A DNA stretch of 9,184 bases. Origin: Candidatus Nanopusillus sp. GTDB taxonomy: Archaea; Nanobdellota; Nanobdellia; Nanobdellales; Nanobdellaceae. Where the stretch lies: NCBI GenBank assembly GCA_046536775.1, contig JAWDMD010000018.1, positions 1 through 9,184 on the forward strand, written 5' to 3'. The notes below the pieces were generated by a model. It was not told where the DNA came from. It was given only the letters and a program-made list of their open reading frames with translations, and ran no database searches. A program made the position numbers and the translations under genes. Positions 1-6,523 of this stretch are shown in pieces; positions within the stretch are counted from its first letter, which is position 1, and each line of letters begins with the position of its first letter.

Positions 1-544
1 CCTCCCCCTCGAGCGCGCGGGCCCAGCCGGCGCCGGGGTCCTCGAACGCGTCCTTCCACACCAGCACGGGGCGCCCCAGGCGCAGGGCGGCCCGCGCCGC
101 GGCCGTCACACCGTCGCGGCCAGTCGAGCTCACCACTATCACCGCGTCCGCGAGGAGCGCGAGCAGCGAGTCGGCCGCCGCGACGTCCACCCTGTTGTCC
201 AGCGGGGGCGACGGCGAGAGCAGGAGCCCGTTCTCGCGCAGCGCCGCCCTCAGGAACGGGTCGTCCCCGGCGAGGTCCTGAACCGGCGACGGGGATATCC
301 CGACCGCGCTGAGCTCGCGGGCCGCCATCGCCACGTGCAGCGCGACGCGGTCGAGCGGGCGGAACGTGCACCCCGCGACCGCCGCCGGCGCCTCGGGGGA
401 CCCTATGACCGCCACAAGAGGCCGCGGCGCGGCCGGCCCGACCGGCCCCTCCCACCACACGATGCTAGGGGCCGCCTCGGCCTCCCTCCCGCTGGGCCTC
501 CTCCCGAGGAGGGCCTCTATCGAGACGGCGTGCACGGGCTCCAT
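1..544 (-). CDS. DprA/Smf-like (SLOG-fold) protein, divergent paralog; 3' end runs off the left edge of the window
   Basis: Absent from the ORF track (no stop in window). My translation of the minus strand from the ATG (complement of 542-544) gives 181 stop-free codons: MEPVHAVSIEALLGRRPSGREAEAAPSIVWWEGPVGPAAPRPLVAVIGSPEAP...AADSLLALLADAVIVVSSTGRDGVTAAARAALRLGRPVLVWKDAFEDPGAGWARALEGE. By eye it aligns with the DprA at 8181-9053: LLGR..SG.E..AP....EG....VAV[IV]G; [IL]AL[IL]ADAV[IV].V; AALRLGRP[LV].[IV]W..AF[DE]DP. It lacks the SGLARGIDTTAH core motif. A GGGGGGTGA Shine-Dalgarno-like run (549-557, minus strand) ends 4 nt before the ATG, and the start lies 4 nt after the stop of pilin A. Confidence 0.6.
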   Translation of the reverse strand, partial: MEPVHAVSIEALLGRRPSGREAEAAPSIVWWEGPVGPAAPRPLVAVIGSPEAPAAVAGCTFRPLDRVALHVAMAARELSAVGISPSPVQDLAGDDPFLRAALRENGLLLSPSPPLDNRVDVAAADSLLALLADAVIVVSSTGRDGVTAAARAALRLGRPVLVWKDAFEDPGAGWARALEGE

Positions 545-548
545 GCTC

Positions 549-1019
549 TCACCCCCCAGGTGTCAACGTGATCGCGGTCCCGGAACCGATGATCGTCACC
601 GAGAACGAGCTGGGCCACGCGCCCGTGTACGGCACGGTGTACGTCAGGACGGCCGGCGAGTCTGGCGGGATGGTGCTGGCGGCGTTCCCATCCACGCTCA
701 GCTGGAACTGCCCGCCCCCGAGCGTGTATGTGTTCCCCGCCACGTACGTCACCACCTCGCTCGGCGTGAAGGGGGAGGTTCCGTAGCTGTAGAGGTACAG
801 CGTCACCTGCGTGCCGCCGCTCACCGGGGTCGCGGTCCAGTAGGTCAGGCTGATGCCCACGCCGGCGGACTGCGCTGATTGTGAGACAGCGCTGGCCGCC
901 GACTGCGACGCCGCTTGGTAGCGGAGGTAGAGCGGGTAGACGGCGGCCGCGAAGACCACCATGACTATCGCGATCAGGATGATCGCGGAGAGCATCTCGG
1001 AGACGGCCGCGCGCCTCAC
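549..1019 (-). CDS. Archaeal type IV pilin-like protein (class III signal peptide), paralog A
   Basis: 156-aa ORF. The N-terminus MRRAAVSEMLSAIILIAIVMVVFAAAVY is a short basic leader followed by a hydrophobic helix of about 22 residues. The remainder is S/T/G/V-rich and beta-type. A CTTTTTAAGG TATA-like element (1039-1048) is centred 24.5 nt upstream of the ATG, which implies a leaderless transcript. Confidence 0.85.
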   Translation of the reverse strand: MRRAAVSEMLSAIILIAIVMVVFAAAVYPLYLRYQAASQSAASAVSQSAQSAGVGISLTYWTATPVSGGTQVTLYLYSYGTSPFTPSEVVTYVAGNTYTLGGGQFQLSVDGNAASTIPPDSPAVLTYTVPYTGAWPSSFSVTIIGSGTAITLTPGG

Positions 1020-1038
1020 ACAGGCGCGTGCCGTGGCG

Positions 1039-1048
1039 CTTTTTAAGG
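1039..1048 (-). promoter_or_regulatory. TATA-box-like element for pilin A, embedded in the inverted repeat GGCGCTTT(1035-1042)/AAAGCGCC(1057-1064)
   Basis: CTTTTTAAGG is an AT-rich decamer in GC-rich DNA. It sits at the same 24.5-25.5 nt spacing from a start codon as four other copies in the window. Confidence 0.6.
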
Positions 1049-1100
1049 CGCCCTTGAAAGCGCCGATTCAGTTCGGGACTCGCGGCTATTATGAGTAAGC

Positions 1101-1111
1101 ATTATCTATTA
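1101..1111 (+). promoter_or_regulatory. Possible TATA-like element for the 1134 gene
   Basis: ATTATCTATTA is an AT-rich patch centred about 28 nt upstream of ATG 1134. It does not match the CCTTTTAAGG consensus seen elsewhere in the window. Confidence 0.3.
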
Positions 1112-1133
1112 CCAGAGCAGCATACAAGTTGGT

Positions 1134-1568
1134 ATGGCCGAGGTGGCGGGAAGGATAAAGCTCGGCGATGGAACCGAGCTGGAGCTCAGAATAATGATAC
1201 TTGGTATCAGGGAGGCCGGATTCTCGCCCTTCGGCGGTGTCAACTTCAGTGTGAAGGCGGTGGGCGGGATCATCACGAAGGACGTGCCGGAGAATCTCAG
1301 GAAGGCCGTCGCCGACAAGCCGACCGCCCCTCAAGAGCCGCCCCAGGATGGATGGGAGCTCGTCGATATCATGGAGCAGGCGCCCGCGATCGCGGAGGAG
1401 TCCATCACCTCGTCGCGGGGGAGATTCACCGTGAGGGTCGCCGCCGAGGCGACGATGGTCGCGCGCAACCTGAACTACCGGGTCGTGTTCGGGAACGCGA
1501 ACGAGCCCCTGTACTGGGCCACGTGGGTGTACAAGATCACATGGAAGCCCGAGGTGAGTGGCAAGTGA
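1134..1568 (+). CDS. Hypothetical protein (144 aa), no family recognised
   Basis: The translation has protein-like composition (MAEVAGRIKLGDGTELELRIMILGIREAGFSPFGGVNFSVKAVGG...YWATWVYKITWKPEVSGK). The overlapping frame (first half of the 1091 ORF) is R/G-rich junk. Its TGA stop overlaps the GTG of the next gene. Confidence 0.6.
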   Translation: MAEVAGRIKLGDGTELELRIMILGIREAGFSPFGGVNFSVKAVGGIITKDVPENLRKAVADKPTAPQEPPQDGWELVDIMEQAPAIAEESITSSRGRFTVRVAAEATMVARNLNYRVVFGNANEPLYWATWVYKITWKPEVSGK

Positions 1569-2146
1569 GCCGTCTGAGGGAGGCCTTTGGACCCATTCCG
1601 GAAATTTCGGCGGATCAGAGCTACGAGCTGCTCTCCAGCGGCGTCCTCACGAGCGCCTCAACGGCCACCGGCTCCGACCAGTGGAGGGCGATGGGGCCGA
1701 GCGGGCAATCTGTGAGCGGTGAGATCGCAAGCATCGAAGTGCTCGCGAGCGCGCAGTGGGTCGTGCTCAGTCCCACTCTCGAGCCCTCAAAACCATTTCC
1801 AAGAGCATCGCTATCGTATGAGGCGTCCACGGCGGATCCAATGTCGGAAGCGTACCGCATAATGAACGAGGTCTCCGGGAGGCGCGTCGTCGATGTGAAG
1901 GTCGAGCCCACCGAGCCGCCCTTGGACCGCTTCGGGCCCATAGTGACCGTGACGGTCGACGCGAACGCGAGGGAGGCCCTCGAGATGTGGGTGAGGGCGG
2001 CGCGGGAGGTCCGCGGGAAGGGATTCATACTGGATGTCGCATGGACCGGGAAGACCGACGTGAGCACTGAGGAGTTCATCGAGTTTTCCGCGCGCGCGCA
2101 AGTTAGGATGGGCATACCACCGGTCATCCTCGATGATGACCAATGA
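1565..2146 (+). CDS. Hypothetical protein (about 193 aa), no family recognised
   Basis: Only the second half of the 1091..2146 ORF reads like protein (VSRLREAFGPIPEISADQSYELL...ALEMWVRAAREVRGKGFILDVAWTGKTDVSTEEFIEFSARAQVRMGIPPVILDDDQ). An in-frame GTG at 1565 overlaps the upstream stop (GTGA, 1565-1568), a typical translational-coupling arrangement. Internal ATG starts further downstream cannot be excluded. Confidence 0.5.
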   Translation: MSRLREAFGPIPEISADQSYELLSSGVLTSASTATGSDQWRAMGPSGQSVSGEIASIEVLASAQWVVLSPTLEPSKPFPRASLSYEASTADPMSEAYRIMNEVSGRRVVDVKVEPTEPPLDRFGPIVTVTVDANAREALEMWVRAAREVRGKGFILDVAWTGKTDVSTEEFIEFSARAQVRMGIPPVILDDDQ

Positions 2147-2161
2147 TGTTAAAACGACAAG

Positions 2162-2181
2162 CCTCGCCCTTCAGGGCGGGG
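2162..2181 (+). other. GC-rich stem-loop just downstream of the 1565-2146 gene
   Basis: CCTCGCCC (2162-2169), loop TTCA, GGGCGGGG (2174-2181): an 8-bp stem including one G-U pair, 16 nt after the stop. No T-run follows, so a terminator role is uncertain. Confidence 0.3.
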
Positions 2182-2230
2182 AGGGGGTCAGCATCCCGTG
2201 GGAGCGTGAGGAGGGTGAGGAGGCGCGCCC

Positions 2231-2237
2231 GAGGTGA
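2231..2237 (+). promoter_or_regulatory. Shine-Dalgarno site for the PIN gene
   Basis: GAGGTGA, extending as GAGGTGAGATCC, closely matches the GGAGGTGATCC-type sequence complementary to the 16S rRNA 3' end. There are 11 nt between this motif and ATG 2249. Confidence 0.55.
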
Positions 2238-2248
2238 GATCCGCGGAG

Positions 2249-2827
2249 ATGCCCCTCACCGTGCCCAGGTCGTACTTGGACACTAGCGTGGTGATCTCCC
2301 TGATAACCCTCGATAGCTGCTATGAGAGCGCTAATAACCTCGTGGAGGAGGCCCCAAAGCCGCATTGTGTGTCGACGTGGACTCTGGCCGAGGCCTTGGG
2401 CCGGCTCTCGGAGGGGATTAGGAGCGGAAAGAGCTCCCCCGGATACGAGTTCCTAAGGGAAGGGATGGCCAGACGGGGGATCCCACCCCTCTCCTCGTCC
2501 CTTGAGGTCTTCACATATCTCACGAAAGAGCTCTCCGCGTGGGTTGCCGAGAATGGGGTCGAGGTCTGCGACGACCCCATCGATGACGCCGAGCTGAAGG
2601 TGGGGAACCGCTCGGTGAGGGCCTTCTGGGCCATTCGCGACGCCGCCGAGCTGGCGGCCCGCTTGGGGCTCAAGGCGAAGGACGCAATTCACTTGGCGTA
2701 CGTCAGGCGGCTCCGTCCCGGCCCCCTCCTGACGGTCGACAGCGACTTCACGCGCATCGCTGAGTGGATACGTTCCTTGGGGATCGAGGTCCGCGGGCTC
2801 CCATGTAAGAAAAAGGAGGATTCCTGA
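2249..2827 (+). CDS. PIN-domain (VapC-like) ribonuclease with an internal insertion
   Basis: The four PIN acidic positions occur in order: YLDTSVVIS (N-terminal Asp), TLAEALG (Glu), AKDAIHLAY (Asp), LLTVDSDF (C-terminal Asp). I prefer ATG 2249 to the track's GTG 2234 because that GTG lies inside the SD motif. At about 192 aa it is longer than a minimal PIN domain. Confidence 0.7.
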   Translation: MPLTVPRSYLDTSVVISLITLDSCYESANNLVEEAPKPHCVSTWTLAEALGRLSEGIRSGKSSPGYEFLREGMARRGIPPLSSSLEVFTYLTKELSAWVAENGVEVCDDPIDDAELKVGNRSVRAFWAIRDAAELAARLGLKAKDAIHLAYVRRLRPGPLLTVDSDFTRIAEWIRSLGIEVRGLPCKKKEDS

Positions 2828-2860
2828 GGGCGGAAAGGCCGGATCGGTACGGAGCCGGAT

Positions 2861-2884
2861 CTTTTAAGGCGCCCTTTTAAGGCG
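2861..2884 (+). promoter_or_regulatory. Tandem TATA-like elements upstream of the ATPase gene
   Basis: CTTTTAAGGCG occurs twice (2861-2871 and 2874-2884). The second copy, as CCTTTTAAGG 2873-2882, is centred 24.5 nt upstream of GTG 2902. Confidence 0.6.
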
Positions 2885-2901
2885 GCGCGGCACGCGCGGC
2901 C

Positions 2902-5052
2902 GTGGAGAGGCTCTCGGACCGCGACCTCCTGGGGCACGCGATGGTGATAGGGGCCACCGGCTCGGGGAAGACCAACTTCCTGCTCTACACCATGCACCAC
3001 ATACACAAGAGCATGGACGCGGCCGTGATCTTCGTGGACCCCCATGGCCAGGCGTCGCTCGACCTCGCGCGTATGATACCGGAGACCCGGGTGTTCGACC
3101 CCACCTACTCGCCCTTCGGCCTCAACCCACTGGAGCTCGGGCCCTACTCCTCGAGGGAGGACCGCGCGCTCATGGTCCAGCTCCGCGTGGGCGAGCTCCT
3201 CAGGATAATGGAGGACCTATTCTCGGTGACCGTCGACCGCGCCCCGAGGCTCCTCTGGATCCTGCGCGGCGCGCTGCTCTACCTCTACACGCTCACCGAC
3301 ACCCCGACCTTCTTGGACCTCTACTACCTGCTCACGGACCTGATGGGCATGGACGAGGGGGAGGCGGCCGAGTTCCTGGAGGGCGCCGGGCTGGACGACG
3401 AGACCGTGAGGCGCACGCTGGAGGCGATATCGAAGCTGGAGAGCGCGGCATTCACGGCCGTGCTCAACAGGATCTCTAACTTCGTGCTCCCCCCGGGGTC
3501 GCTCACAGCGAAGACCTTCTGCAGCAGGCGCACGACCGTGCCGTTCGCGGAGCTCCTGAGGCCGGGCTCGATATCCGCGTTCCGCCTCCCGACGTATGCG
3601 CTCCCGGAAGACTTCCGCCGCGTCGCCACGTCGACAATAGTGATGGACGTCTACTTCGAGGTCCAGAGGCGCTTCCGCTCCCTGGAGCTGGGAGGGGGCG
3701 GGGTGTCCTCATTCTCCGGGGGGCCGGCGCCCGTCTACTTGGTGATAGACGAGTTCCAGAACGTGGCGGACCTGGACCTCCTGAAGACCATACTCGCGGA
3801 GGCGCGCAAGTTCGGCCTCTACCTGATCGTGGCGCACCAGAACATAGCGCAGGTGAGGGAGGACCTCTTCCAGAGCTTCGCGGGGAACGCCGCGCTCGTG
3901 GTCTCGTTCCGCGTTGGGCCGGACGACGCGCTCAAGATGAAGCAGGTGCTGAACGTCAAGGACCAGGCCGTCCTCACCTCACTCCCCAACTACACCGCGA
4001 TAGTGCGCAGGAACCCGGTCGGCGGCGGAATACTGACCTATTACATGCGGGTGCCGCGCGCCCCCGCGCCGGTCCTCCCGGAGGACGAGGTGCTCAAACG
4101 CCTGAGGGAGGCCCCGCCCACCGCGAACGAGGACCGCAGCATAGTCTACAGGCGCGCGATGGAGGGCGCCGCGGAGAGGTCCGGGAGGCCGCCGCTGACG
4201 CCGGCGCGCTGGGCGGTGCTGGCGGCCGTGCGCCTGGGCATGGCGACCACCTATAAGGCGCTGGTGGACCTCATGTACCACCGCTACGCGTGGGACGAGA
4301 GCGTGACCCTGTCCGCGATAAACTACCTGATGGACTCCGGCCTGCTGGTCGCGGCCGGGGCCAGCGCCGACACCGAGTACGAGGTGACCCGGGAGGCTGA
4401 GAGGTACTTCCACAGCGCGGTCGCGGGTCCCCGGGCCGGCGGGCCGGTGCACAACGCGATAGTCCGGAAGCTCCTGCACGACTACTGGGAGCGCGGCTAC
4501 TACTGCGAGGTGGACGACGGCTCGCCCGGCCCCGAGAAACCGGACATAGTGGTCTGGAGGCCGGTCACGCGCCGCGTCGAATCGAAGTTCCAGACCCGCG
4601 AGGAGCGCGACCCGGCGCGCTGGGACCCCGAGCCGGTGGCGATAGAGGTGGAGACGATGCTCGGGCGCAGGCGGCAGATACCGAGGAACTTGGAGAAGGT
4701 GAGGCGCTACCCGCGCGCCGCCTTCGTGACGGACTCGAACGCGCATAAGGAGAAGCTCAGGGCGATAATGCGGGAGGCCGGCATAGAGTATCCAATCGAG
4801 GTGGTGAACATCGGCATGGTCGAGCAGACACCGGCCGAGGAGGACCTTGACTCGTTCCTCGTCACCCTGGTGATCAACGGGTGGCCTGGCGAGGAAAAGG
4901 CCGCGGAGCTCGCCGGGGCGGACGTGGAGGACGTGAGGGAGCACTTGGAGGGCCTCATAGAGGCCGGTGTGATAAGGCGCCGCGAGGACGGGTCGCTCGA
5001 GGCGGTGGTGGAGGCCGAGGGCGGCGGCCCCGGATCCCGACCACGTGCGTAA
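2902..5052 (+). CDS. P-loop NTPase of the VirB4/VirD4(TraG)/HerA-FtsK class (AAA_10-like), fused to a winged-helix module, a PD-(D/E)xK-like module and a second winged-helix module
   Basis: Walker A GATGSGKT (2950-2973) begins at residue 17. FVDPHG follows. Walker B is VYLVIDEFQN (3733-3762). ARKFGLYLIVAHQNIAQV (about 3802-3855) resembles the TraG/VirD4 C-terminal RK.G..l..Q..sQl motif. Towards the C-terminus: a wHTH-like stretch (PLTPARWAVLAAVRLGMATTYKALVDLM...INYLMDSGLLV), a nuclease-like stretch (GGPVHNAIVRKLL...EKPDIVVW...PVAIEVET, about 4440-4810), and a terminal wHTH-like stretch (EDVREHLEGLIEAGVIRRREDGSLE). No TM segment is evident. Confidence 0.85.
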   Translation: MERLSDRDLLGHAMVIGATGSGKTNFLLYTMHHIHKSMDAAVIFVDPHGQASLDLARMIPETRVFDPTYSPFGLNPLELGPYSSREDRALMVQLRVGELLRIMEDLFSVTVDRAPRLLWILRGALLYLYTLTDTPTFLDLYYLLTDLMGMDEGEAAEFLEGAGLDDETVRRTLEAISKLESAAFTAVLNRISNFVLPPGSLTAKTFCSRRTTVPFAELLRPGSISAFRLPTYALPEDFRRVATSTIVMDVYFEVQRRFRSLELGGGGVSSFSGGPAPVYLVIDEFQNVADLDLLKTILAEARKFGLYLIVAHQNIAQVREDLFQSFAGNAALVVSFRVGPDDALKMKQVLNVKDQAVLTSLPNYTAIVRRNPVGGGILTYYMRVPRAPAPVLPEDEVLKRLREAPPTANEDRSIVYRRAMEGAAERSGRPPLTPARWAVLAAVRLGMATTYKALVDLMYHRYAWDESVTLSAINYLMDSGLLVAAGASADTEYEVTREAERYFHSAVAGPRAGGPVHNAIVRKLLHDYWERGYYCEVDDGSPGPEKPDIVVWRPVTRRVESKFQTREERDPARWDPEPVAIEVETMLGRRRQIPRNLEKVRRYPRAAFVTDSNAHKEKLRAIMREAGIEYPIEVVNIGMVEQTPAEEDLDSFLVTLVINGWPGEEKAAELAGADVEDVREHLEGLIEAGVIRRREDGSLEAVVEAEGGGPGSRPRA

Positions 5053-5093
5053 TATCAGTGCAAATATTACCGGCACGGATCAGCGCCCGTGCC
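5049..5093. other. Two hairpins in the convergent junction between the ATPase gene and pilin B
   Basis: Hairpin 1 is GTAATAT (5049-5055) with ATATTAC (5064-5070) and an 8-nt loop. Hairpin 2 is GGCACGG (5072-5078) with CCGTGCC (5087-5093) and an 8-nt loop. Hairpin 1 overlaps the ATPase stop and hairpin 2 overlaps the pilin B stop. There is no strong T-run. Confidence 0.3.
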
Positions 5094-5895
5094 CGCCGCC
5101 CTCGGCGACCGCGGCGTGGAGCACCGCGACCGCCGTGTTATTGGACGGGTTCTGGATCACCAGCTTCACCGTGTACTGGCCGGGGCCGAGCGCCCCCGTG
5201 ACGACATTGGAGATCGTCTGTCCCGGCGGGACGCCACCGTTGCCCGGGTACATGGCGCTCGTCAGGACGAGCGACCCGCTGGCGTTGTACACGCAAACGG
5301 TGATGGTCTTGAGGTTCGACCCGCCTGTGTTCTTCACGTTCACGGCGAAGCCGTTGCTGGCGGGGCCGATGCTGGCCTCGATTGATGGGGCGCTGCCCTG
5401 CACCGCGGCCGGGCCGCTGGCCCACACGTAATCGGAGCCGGTCGCCACCACCTCCAGCGGGATCGTCTGCACGACGCCGTTCGCGTACACCACCTGCAGC
5501 TCCACGGGGTAGGTGACGCCGGCCATCAGCGGGCCAAGGGCCTGCACGGGGTAGTTCGGGCCGATGTCGACGGCGCCGCCGGCGCTCTGGCCGGGCGCCA
5601 CGGCCCCGATCACCTTCACGGGGGACTGTTGCTCGACGCCGTCGAACATCATCAGGTCGACCTCGTCGATCGAGATGGTTCCGGGGTCCTTCACGGTGAC
5701 GGTGAGGACGCCCGGGCCGCCGCCTTGGGCGAGCAGGTCCACGTCCTGCACGTACACCGCCTGCGCGACGCTGCTCTGCATCATCACCTGGCGCGCGTAA
5801 CTGTAGAGGGTGACGCCGGCCGCGAGCGTGACCGCTATCAGGATCACGGTCGCTATTATCGGGGCGACTGCCCTCCTGCGGCCGGCCGCCATCAT
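5080..5895 (-). CDS. Archaeal type IV pilin-like protein, paralog B, with two tandem beta-sandwich-like repeats
   Basis: 271 aa. MMAAGRRRAVAPIIATVILIAVTLAAGVTLY carries the canonical archaeal pilin N-terminal motif ([RK]-A-[IV]-[SA]-P-I-I-A-T). Two repeats share V.VK[DN].G...PGQ[ST]...G..Y.V.L.V. The palindromic CCTTATAAGG element is centred 24.5 nt upstream. Confidence 0.9.
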   Translation of the reverse strand: MMAAGRRRAVAPIIATVILIAVTLAAGVTLYSYARQVMMQSSVAQAVYVQDVDLLAQGGGPGVLTVTVKDPGTISIDEVDLMMFDGVEQQSPVKVIGAVAPGQSAGGAVDIGPNYPVQALGPLMAGVTYPVELQVVYANGVVQTIPLEVVATGSDYVWASGPAAVQGSAPSIEASIGPASNGFAVNVKNTGGSNLKTITVCVYNASGSLVLTSAMYPGNGGVPPGQTISNVVTGALGPGQYTVKLVIQNPSNNTAVAVLHAAVAEGGGHGR

Positions 5896-5914
5896 ATCAG
5901 AATTGTTTGGGGCG

Positions 5915-5924
5915 CCTTATAAGG
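5915..5924 (-). promoter_or_regulatory. TATA-box-like element for pilin B
   Basis: CCTTATAAGG is a perfect palindrome centred 24.5 nt from ATG 5895. Confidence 0.6.
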
Positions 5925-5965
5925 GGGCGGGCGCACAGTCCCAGCTCCGCTTTCCTCAGGAACTG

Positions 5966-6001
5966 AAAGAAAAAGGGGAAATACTCGCGCGGGAAGGCGC
6001 G
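5966..6001 (-). terminator. Candidate terminator for pilin C (hairpin plus oligo-T on the minus strand)
   Basis: The minus strand reads GCGCGCCTTCCCGCGCGAGTATTTCCCCTTTTTCTTTCAG immediately after the stop at 6003-6005. A 5-bp GC stem (5986-5990 with 5997-6001) is followed by TTTTTCTTT (complement of 5966-5974). Oligo-T is the usual archaeal termination signal. Confidence 0.5.
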
Positions 6002-6002
6002 C

Positions 6003-6506
6003 TCAGCTGCCGTACTCGCTCGCGGTGACCGAGGTCGTGATGACCTGGGTCTGGCCGTTGGCGTAGCCGACGGTCAGCTGGAGCTCGTAGCTCTGGCCGG
6101 CGACGACGTTGCTGAGGCCTGATATCTGGCTGGAGGTGAGGGTGCCGCTGGCGGTCTGGCCGGGCGCTATCGGCGTAGTTATCAGCTGCACGTCCACGGC
6201 CTGGCCGGCGAAGTTGGTGACGTTGACCGAGGTGATAGTCACGGTTCCGCCGTTACTTATGGTGACCGTGAGCGTGCCCGCGCCGGTCCCGCCCGGCACG
6301 ACCAGCGAGGCGGACTGGACGTTAGCTACCTGCGAGGCGGCGCTGGAGTGCAGCATTCCGGTCGCATAAACATATAGAAATGCACCAGCAACCACCGTTA
6401 TCACTATCAGAATTATCGTCGCGATGATCGGTGAAATCGCCTTCCTGCGCGCGGAGTTGGCATCACGGTGCACCAAGGGTGCGCCGATGGCGATGGACCT
6501 CATCAC
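6003..6506 (-). CDS. Archaeal type IV pilin-like protein, paralog C
   Basis: 167 aa. ...NSARRKAISPIIATIILIVITVVAGAFLYVY is a textbook archaeal class III signal/pilin N-terminal motif. It also has V.ISNGG...APGQTASG...AGQSYELQLTVGY. A TATA-like ATATTTAAGG lies 22-25 nt upstream of the two adjacent ATGs. Confidence 0.9.
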   Translation of the reverse strand: MMRSIAIGAPLVHRDANSARRKAISPIIATIILIVITVVAGAFLYVYATGMLHSSAASQVANVQSASLVVPGGTGAGTLTVTISNGGTVTITSVNVTNFAGQAVDVQLITTPIAPGQTASGTLTSSQISGLSNVVAGQSYELQLTVGYANGQTQVITTSVTASEYGS

Positions 6507-6523
6507 CCCCTCGTGCGCGAGGG

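Noticed and set aside
335-878. Plus-strand ORFs 335..571, 366..878 and 568..786
   Set aside because: They have junk-like composition and lie antisense to the DprA-like edge gene and pilin A, both of which have recognisable motifs.
1621-2143. Minus-strand ORFs 1621..2127 and 1811..2143
   Set aside because: They are S/T- or R-rich antisense translations. The plus-strand frame has better composition and a coupled start.
1091-2146. A single 351-aa ORF in the track
   Set aside because: Its first 158 codons or so are R/G-rich junk in a frame overlapping the protein-like 1134-1568 ORF. Only the part from the in-frame GTG at 1565 looks coding, so I split it into two genes.
2234-2248. GTG 2234 as the PIN gene start (the ORF-track start)
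   Set aside because: That GTG lies inside the GAGGTGA Shine-Dalgarno motif. ATG 2249 is properly spaced from the motif and leaves the usual short stretch before the first PIN Asp.
2689-3045. A 118-aa minus-strand ORF spanning the gap between the PIN and ATPase genes
   Set aside because: It runs through the tandem TATA elements and the ATPase Walker A region and has junk-like composition.
3979-5076. A 365-aa minus-strand ORF antisense to the ATPase gene
   Set aside because: It has R/H/P/G-rich low-complexity composition, typical of shadow ORFs in GC-rich DNA. The plus-strand frame carries clear ATPase, wHTH and nuclease-like motifs.
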